This document shows positions 58,248 to 64,000 of a stretch of DNA of 64,000 bases, piece by piece. Origin of the DNA: Candidatus Latescibacterota bacterium. Its GTDB lineage: Bacteria; Latescibacterota; UBA2968. The translations under genes were made by a program, and so were the position numbers. How positions within the stretch are numbered: the stretch's first letter is position 1; every line of letters begins with the position of its first letter. The stretch is from contig OZ240241.1 in NCBI GenBank assembly GCA_965198115.1, forward strand, positions 6,976,001 through 7,040,000. Reading direction: 5' to 3'. Below the pieces are notes generated by a model. That model did not search any database. It was not told where the DNA came from and saw only the letters and a program-made list of their open reading frames with translations.

Positions 58248-60263
58248 ATGTTGAGATCCATCCTACAGCGGGGGTGGGCTCCTTTGAGGTTGGCTGTCGT
58301 GATGGGACTCTTGGGAGTCCCATTTTCTGTTTCGGCAAGGAATCTCGATGCGAAGGTCGATTCGCTCCGGGCGGCCGCGGCGGATACGTCGCGCGCGTGG
58401 GCCGACCGCGTCAAAGACCTGAAGTGGGCCATACGGATGGACCTGACGGGCGGTTCGCATTACCAACTCGCCCGGCTTTATATGGAGGAGGGTGGGCCAG
58501 ACGACCAGTTGGATGTCGAGTTTTGGTTGCAGGGAGCCATCGCCCGAGATCGCAAGAACGCCGAATTCAGAGCGACGTACGCCAAGCTGCTATGGCAACT
58601 GGACGAGATCGAAACGGCAAATGTTCAGGCCAAGAAGGCACTCGAGATCGACCCGGACCAGGTCTGTGCGCTTTACTATGCCGGCCGTTACGCAGCTTGG
58701 GGAATGGATCGCCACTATCGTACGATCTCGATGGGCTATTCGAATCAGATCGCAGTTCCGTTCAGTCTGCGCGCCTTCGGCGAAGATCGTATGCGTCAGG
58801 CTATCGAGCATTTGACGCACGCGATCGAAGTAGACCCCGGTCACGACCCGGCTCGCCAATTGCTCGCGCTGGTCTACTACGAGGCCGAAGAATACGACTC
58901 GGTCATCGATCTATTCGAGGAGAGGGTGGTGAAGGGTGAGGATGCTGACAGCTTCTTCTTTGTCGGTCTCGCGTTTCAGGGCAAGGGCTATCTGAAGACA
59001 GCCTATCGGTACTACCTGAAGGGCTTCGATCTTCTGTCGGAGGACGAGCAAACCTTCTTTCGCTCTATCGTGCTTGCGGGCGATAAGGCCAACTCCGGGG
59101 GTCTCGACGGATTCTGGACGGAGAGAGATCCCCTGTTTCTTTCGCCGCTGAATGAGCGATTAATGGACCACTGTGGACGCGTCGCCTACGCCAATCTCAG
59201 GTTTTCCGATTCCCATCAGGAACTCAAGGGATGGGAAACAGACAAAGGAGAATTGTATATTCGGTACGGCGAACCGAAGGAGCGTGTCGTAAGAGCGGGC
59301 GAGTTCAACCGCCCACGCCTGGAAGTGTGGGCATATGATGATTTCACGCTCTGGTTCGCGAATCCTATTTCATCGGCGTGGAAATTCGAGGGAGCACGCA
59401 TTCGTCGTATCTCGATAGATGTGAAGGAAGACTTTATCGAGAGGGTCTACGAACGTTTCCCCGACCCTTACGCGTGGGATCGGTATCGTCCCTTACACCA
59501 GCTGGCTCAGTTCCGGGAGAGGGACGGAGAAACGCGAGTCGAGTTTTACTATGCGCTGCCCCAAGGTCGTGTTCAATCGTCGGGACAAGGGGCAGGCTTC
59601 GCCGACGTCGATCTCAGGAAGGGTGTGTTCCTGTTCGACGCGAATTGGGATACGGTCAAGACGACCGTGACGGATGTGCAGCGATTGCCGCGGGTCCGTC
59701 TCAAGTCGATAAAGCGCGACTATTACTTTGTGAGTGAACAGTTTCAGGTTGCTCCAGGCGAGTATTATTTCGCCGTTGAGGCCGAGAATCCTGAGACACG
59801 CGAAATTGGCTCGGTTCGTGATTCCGTTCAGGTTCGAGCATTCTCGTCCGACAGTCTGGAAATCAGCTCGGTTTTGCTCGCACGGCGCATCGAATTGCGT
59901 GGGGAGCAACGCGATCGAGCGGACTTTCGGATTTTGCCAAATCCTCTAAGGCGATACGATTTCGGTTCCCGAGGTGCGATCTATTTCGAAATTTACAATC
60001 TATCCCAGGACGCGTTCGGTGAGACGCACTACGAAGTGACCTACCAGCTGCGTTCCGTCCCGGAGGTCGGTAGTCCGAGTAAAGCCCGATGGATGACCGC
60101 GCTGACTTACGAACACAAAGGGTCGACCGCAAACGAACCGGTGTTCTTCAACATGGACTTCAAAACGATTCCTCCCGGTCTCTGGGATGTGCGTGTGGTC
60201 ATACGTGATCTGACGACGGATGAGACCGCCTTGTCCCACGAGTCGTTCCGCGTTCTCTGGTAA
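58248..60263 (+). CDS. GWxTD domain protein with N-terminal TPRs
   Basis: Signal peptide, TPR helices, FW..RDP...S..NE...H..RV.YA...F, GWETDKGELYIRYGEP; C-terminal beta domains (YFEIYNL). Confidence 0.9.
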   Translation: MLRSILQRGWAPLRLAVVMGLLGVPFSVSARNLDAKVDSLRAAAADTSRAWADRVKDLKWAIRMDLTGGSHYQLARLYMEEGGPDDQLDVEFWLQGAIARDRKNAEFRATYAKLLWQLDEIETANVQAKKALEIDPDQVCALYYAGRYAAWGMDRHYRTISMGYSNQIAVPFSLRAFGEDRMRQAIEHLTHAIEVDPGHDPARQLLALVYYEAEEYDSVIDLFEERVVKGEDADSFFFVGLAFQGKGYLKTAYRYYLKGFDLLSEDEQTFFRSIVLAGDKANSGGLDGFWTERDPLFLSPLNERLMDHCGRVAYANLRFSDSHQELKGWETDKGELYIRYGEPKERVVRAGEFNRPRLEVWAYDDFTLWFANPISSAWKFEGARIRRISIDVKEDFIERVYERFPDPYAWDRYRPLHQLAQFRERDGETRVEFYYALPQGRVQSSGQGAGFADVDLRKGVFLFDANWDTVKTTVTDVQRLPRVRLKSIKRDYYFVSEQFQVAPGEYYFAVEAENPETREIGSVRDSVQVRAFSSDSLEISSVLLARRIELRGEQRDRADFRILPNPLRRYDFGSRGAIYFEIYNLSQDAFGETHYEVTYQLRSVPEVGSPSKARWMTALTYEHKGSTANEPVFFNMDFKTIPPGLWDVRVVIRDLTTDETALSHESFRVLW

Positions 60264-60357
60264 CTCTCCAGCATCCGCAGGACGATTGACCCCAGACGGG
60301 TGTTGGCTTAGTGTCAATCAACCCCCGTCCCCGATCCTACCTGGATTCTTCTTCCAC

Positions 60358-61065
60358 TTGCCTGAACACGGCATCAATACCTACAACGAGACCTCCCTCC
60401 ACGCGTCGCTGAAGGCGTACTTCGCCGGACCCGGAGGCGAATGCGAAGTGCCTGTCGATGGCTACATCGCCGACCTCGTGCAGGACGGTGTGCTGGTGGA
60501 GATTCAGACCACCAATTTCGGGGCGATGCGAAGGAAGCTTCAATCCCTGATCGTGAAGCATCCCGTCCGGCTTGTTCATCCGATTGCGGCCGAGAAGTGG
60601 ACCGTTCGGCTCGATAAGGCGGGTGAGCGGATCGGAAGGCGGAAATCGCCCAAGCGTGGCCGTTGGGAGCACGTGTTCGGAGAGCTCGTGGCGTTCCCAC
60701 AGCTGATGCAGGATCCGAACTTCACGCTGGCAGTGATTCTGATTCAGGAGGAAGAGGTCCGGATCGTCGACGGAAAACGTCGTCGTCGCGGTCGGGATTG
60801 GAAACGATCCGAGAGACGTCTGTTGAAGGTCGTGGACCAGCGACTGTTCCTGACACCCTCGGATCTAATGCGGGAAATCCCGGATACGATGCCTGTTCCA
60901 TTCACGACGGCGGATCTTGCAAAAATGCTGTCGATGCCGCGCTGGTTGAGTCAGAAAATGGCCTTTTGTCTTCGACAGATGGGAGCGATTGCGTCGGTCG
61001 GGAAGAAGCGTAATGCGATCCAGTATGTCTTTTCGGGGGATGATGCGGCGGCCGTTGCGGTGTGA
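60358..61065 (+). CDS. Hypothetical protein, PD-(D/E)XK nuclease-like fold predicted
   Basis: I...NE.SLH..LK, EV.V.GYIAD......EIQT, RKSPK, C-terminal winged-helix-like segment. Start uncertain. Confidence 0.7.
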   Translation: MPEHGINTYNETSLHASLKAYFAGPGGECEVPVDGYIADLVQDGVLVEIQTTNFGAMRRKLQSLIVKHPVRLVHPIAAEKWTVRLDKAGERIGRRKSPKRGRWEHVFGELVAFPQLMQDPNFTLAVILIQEEEVRIVDGKRRRRGRDWKRSERRLLKVVDQRLFLTPSDLMREIPDTMPVPFTTADLAKMLSMPRWLSQKMAFCLRQMGAIASVGKKRNAIQYVFSGDDAAAVAV

Positions 61066-61085
61066 TTCAAGTCGACCCTGGAGAA

Positions 61086-61120
61086 GGGCCGTTTCCGCAG
61101 CCTGCGGGAGCGGCTTTTTG
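61086..61120 (+). terminator. Rho-independent terminator
   Basis: GGGCCGTTTCCGCAG...CTGCGGGAGCGGCTTTTTG. Confidence 0.7.
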
Positions 61121-61176
61121 TATTTTAGGGAAAGACCGTTAGATGTGTTATACCGATTGAAAGGGGAACCCACAGA

Positions 61177-62115
61177 ATGAGCACGGATCGTTGGTTCTGC
61201 GAGCAGGCGTGGGTGCGCGACGGCGATGGGCCCTGCGTGACGCTGGGGCAGGAAGGGGCGTTCGACGATATGCATATCTTCGGGCCAGCCGTAGCTCTAG
61301 TAGATGATGTCTATCGTCTCTACTACTGCGGTTCCCGGGGCGAAGTGAACGAGCGCGTTTTTCGGATGGGGCTCGCGACGAGCGACGACGGGATCGAATT
61401 CACGAGACACTCGGAGGCCCCGGTTCTCGATTTCGGGGAGAAGCCATCTGTTCTCACCCCGTCGTTTCTGCGTTCGGGCGACGGCCACGCGCTCCGAGAG
61501 GACGGGCGTTTTCGGCTTTGGTTCTCGTCGACGACCTTCCCACCGGGCATTGTCCACACGGTTCACGAGACCACGAGCGCGGACGGTGTTGTGTGGGACA
61601 TTCCGTCGGACGCGAAGGTGGGGGACGCCGCCTATGCGCCGACCGTCCTCAAAGACGAAGATCGCTACCAGATGTGGTACACCGATGTTTCCTCCTTGCC
61701 GTGGACGATCCGGTTCGCCAAGAGCGGAGACGGTCACACGTGGAACGTCCACGACGATCCGGTGCTCGACGTGGATGCGTCGTGGGAACACAACCCGCTG
61801 GTCTACCCGACGGTGGTGAAACGGGACGGGACCTACCTGATGTGGTACGGCAGCTACAGCGAGCCGGAGCTGAAGCGCACTGCGATCGGTTTCGCGGCGA
61901 GCGTCGACGGGTTGCACTGGGAAAAACACCCGCGGAATCCGGTGTTCGGACCGGACCCGAACCGGGAATGGGAGTCGCACTATACGACGAGTCAATCCCT
62001 GCTGGTGCTGCCCGATGGTTCGATACGTATGTGGTACGCGTCACGAACGAAACCACCGTTCACGCACAAGTATCTGGCGATCGGTACGGCGTTGTGGTGT
62101 AATGCCTTTGCGTAA
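61177..62115 (+). CDS. Five-bladed beta-propeller glycosyl-hydrolase-like protein (GH32/43/130 clan-like)
   Basis: Repeated P.V....D.Y.MWY...IG.A.S.DG..W blades. Confidence 0.8.
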   Translation: MSTDRWFCEQAWVRDGDGPCVTLGQEGAFDDMHIFGPAVALVDDVYRLYYCGSRGEVNERVFRMGLATSDDGIEFTRHSEAPVLDFGEKPSVLTPSFLRSGDGHALREDGRFRLWFSSTTFPPGIVHTVHETTSADGVVWDIPSDAKVGDAAYAPTVLKDEDRYQMWYTDVSSLPWTIRFAKSGDGHTWNVHDDPVLDVDASWEHNPLVYPTVVKRDGTYLMWYGSYSEPELKRTAIGFAASVDGLHWEKHPRNPVFGPDPNREWESHYTTSQSLLVLPDGSIRMWYASRTKPPFTHKYLAIGTALWCNAFA

Positions 62116-62164
62116 CACTCAAAAACTGGGACCACGGAATACACGGACGGAAAAACAAACCAGG

Positions 62165-62352
62165 ACCACCTCTCACGTTCGTTCGAGGCAGGCTACATAC
62201 ACGAAAAACACGAACGGAAAGACACAGACCATCGCTCTTGGCCCTTGCATAGCACGAAAGGCTGCGGGATCACGGACCACACCGTCGGAAAACGGAACCT
62301 GAACCACCTCTCACGTTCGTTCAAGGCAGGCTCCACACACGAAACCCACGAA
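62165..62352 (+). repeat. ~50-bp imperfect direct repeat (62165-62214, 62303-62352) with CACG 9-mer units
   Basis: ACCACCTCTCACGTTCGTTC(G/A)AGGCAGGCT(A/C)CA(T/C)ACACGAAA(AA/CC)CACGAA twice; CACGGAATACACGG at 62133. Confidence 0.85.
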
Positions 62353-62497
62353 AAGAGACGCCTAAGTCTCTTTGGTCTGCCTCATAGAACAAGAAATAAC
62401 CTACGCGGGGTTCCACTTATGACGGCGAACGACTGGTCGAGCTGCTGATCCATACCGAGGAACAGCTACAGAGTACCTGACAAAGGATCGCGATGAG

Positions 62498-64000
62498 ATG
62501 AGCGACGAGCCTAACAAGATTATCTACTCGATGGTGCGTGTGAGTAAGTATTTCGACAAGGAACCCGTGCTCGAGAACATCAATCTGTCCTACTTCTACG
62601 GGGCGAAGATCGGCGTGCTCGGACTGAACGGGTCGGGCAAGTCTACTTTGCTGAAGATTCTTGCGGGGGTGGATACGACGTTCAACGGGGAGACGCATCT
62701 GGCGCCGGGTCATACGATCGGATTCTTGCCGCAAGAGCCTGAGCTGGATCCGGCACGCACGGTCAAGGACGTCGTCGAGGAGGGGGCGCAGGAGCTCGTC
62801 GACCTGATGCGGGAATACAACGAGATCAGCGAGAAATTCGCAGAGCCGATGTCGGACGACGAGATGAACAAGCTGATCGAGCGCCAGGGTGAGGTTCAGG
62901 AACAACTCGATGCCAAGAATGCGTGGGATGTGGATGCGCAACTCGACCAGGCGATGGACGCGCTACGCTGTCCTCCTGGTGAGACTCAGATCGATGTGTT
63001 GTCTGGGGGCGAGTGTCGGCGTGTGGCGCTCTGTCGTCTGCTGCTGCAGAAGCCCGACATCCTGTTGCTGGATGAGCCCACGAACCACCTGGACGCGGAA
63101 TCGGTCGGATGGCTGGAGCAACATCTCCAGCGCTATGAGGGTACGGTCATTGCCGTTACGCACGACCGGTACTTTCTGGACAACGTGGCGGGATGGATCC
63201 TCGAACTCGATCGAGGACGTGGGATTCCGTGGAAGGGCAACTACTCATCCTGGCTGGAGCAGAAGGAAGCTCGTTTGGAAACAGAAGAGCGCCAGGAATC
63301 CCAACGTCGGAAGACACTGCAGCGAGAGTTGGAGTGGATTCGAATGTCTCCACGAGGTCGGCACGCCAAATCGAGGGCGCGTATCAGCTCCTATGAAGAT
63401 TTGCTGAATCAGGACGGCGCTTCGCGGGACAGAGAGCTGGAGATATTCATCCCAGCGGGGCCTCGTCTGGGAAACGTCGTGGTGGAGGCGGAGGGTGTGC
63501 GGAAAGGGTATGATGATCTGCTCCTGGTCGATGATATGACATTCGCCCTTCCGCCGGGCGGTATCGTCGGTGTGATCGGCCCGAACGGGGCCGGCAAGAC
63601 AACGACCTTCCGGCTGATCACAGAGCAAGAACAGCCAGATGCAGGCTCGATTCGGATCGGTGATACGGTTCAGCTCGCATACGTCGAGCAAAGTCGGGAC
63701 GATCTGGACCCGAGCAAGACGGTCTGGCAAGTTATCTCGGATGGTCAGGATGTGCTGGAGCTGGGCGGCCGCCAGGTGAATTCGAGGGCGTATGTCGCGC
63801 GTTTCAATTTCTCGGGCGGAGATCAACAGAAGCCGGTCAACCAGCTGAGCGGTGGTGAACGGAACCGCGTTCATCTCGCGCGTATGCTCAAGTCTGGCGC
63901 GAATGTGTTGTTGCTCGATGAACCGACGAACGACTTGGACGTGAATACGATGAGGGCGCTTGAAGACGCGTTGCTTGATTTCGCCGGATGCGCTGTCGTT
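62498..64000 (+). CDS. ettA: Energy-dependent translational throttle protein EttA (ABC-F), 3'-truncated by window edge
   Basis: Not in the ORF track. MSDEPNKIIYSM..VSK...LENINLSYFYGAKIGVLGLNGSGKSTLL, LSGGE, LLDEPTNHLD, THDRYFLD, second NBD GPNGAGKTT and LSGGERNR; frame consistent to 64000. Confidence 0.95.
   Translation, partial: MSDEPNKIIYSMVRVSKYFDKEPVLENINLSYFYGAKIGVLGLNGSGKSTLLKILAGVDTTFNGETHLAPGHTIGFLPQEPELDPARTVKDVVEEGAQELVDLMREYNEISEKFAEPMSDDEMNKLIERQGEVQEQLDAKNAWDVDAQLDQAMDALRCPPGETQIDVLSGGECRRVALCRLLLQKPDILLLDEPTNHLDAESVGWLEQHLQRYEGTVIAVTHDRYFLDNVAGWILELDRGRGIPWKGNYSSWLEQKEARLETEERQESQRRKTLQRELEWIRMSPRGRHAKSRARISSYEDLLNQDGASRDRELEIFIPAGPRLGNVVVEAEGVRKGYDDLLLVDDMTFALPPGGIVGVIGPNGAGKTTTFRLITEQEQPDAGSIRIGDTVQLAYVEQSRDDLDPSKTVWQVISDGQDVLELGGRQVNSRAYVARFNFSGGDQQKPVNQLSGGERNRVHLARMLKSGANVLLLDEPTNDLDVNTMRALEDALLDFAGCAVV

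Noticed and set aside
62165-62352. Possible CRISPR array
   Set aside because: Only two imperfect 50-bp copies with an 88-bp spacer and no cas genes.

Overview
GC-rich bacterial chromosomal window with no prophage, CRISPR array or rRNA. Gene content (UBact, FlgD/T9SS-like C-terminal sorting domains, GWxTD protein, PhyH/Gfo/DgoD-type catabolic genes) suggests an FCB-group lineage such as Latescibacterota/Handelsmanbacteria; this is an inference. From left to right: a TPR protein running off the left end; an ispE-tRNA-Gln-rplY-pth-hppA-rpsF-rpsR-rplI cluster lacking prs; FGE and DUF151 genes; a two-gene locus for large acidic secreted proteins (Ig-like repeats plus dockerin-like, cohesin-like and FlgD/CTD modules) behind a near-consensus promoter and a ~380-nt leader; an internally deleted ISL3 element inserted in a terminator with an 8-bp TSD; a complete UBact-proteasome operon (arc-dop-ubact-prcB-prcA-pafA); transport, RNA-modification and peptidase genes including a bacterial TrmY; Lhr; an AT-rich VapBC cassette; a catabolic cluster; a GWxTD protein; and ettA running off the right end. 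Intergenic spaces hold several families of short repeats (heptamer arrays ending in GCTTCGC, nested REP-like elements, 8-10-mer CACG arrays). Four small frameshifts and one in-frame stop are probably partly sequencing errors. The best candidates for under-described biology are the dockerin-cohesin-CTD surface system, the UBact-proteasome operon whose ATPase lacks an HbYX tail, and the stop-codon-adjacent repeat families. All calls come from motif reading by eye; no searches were run.
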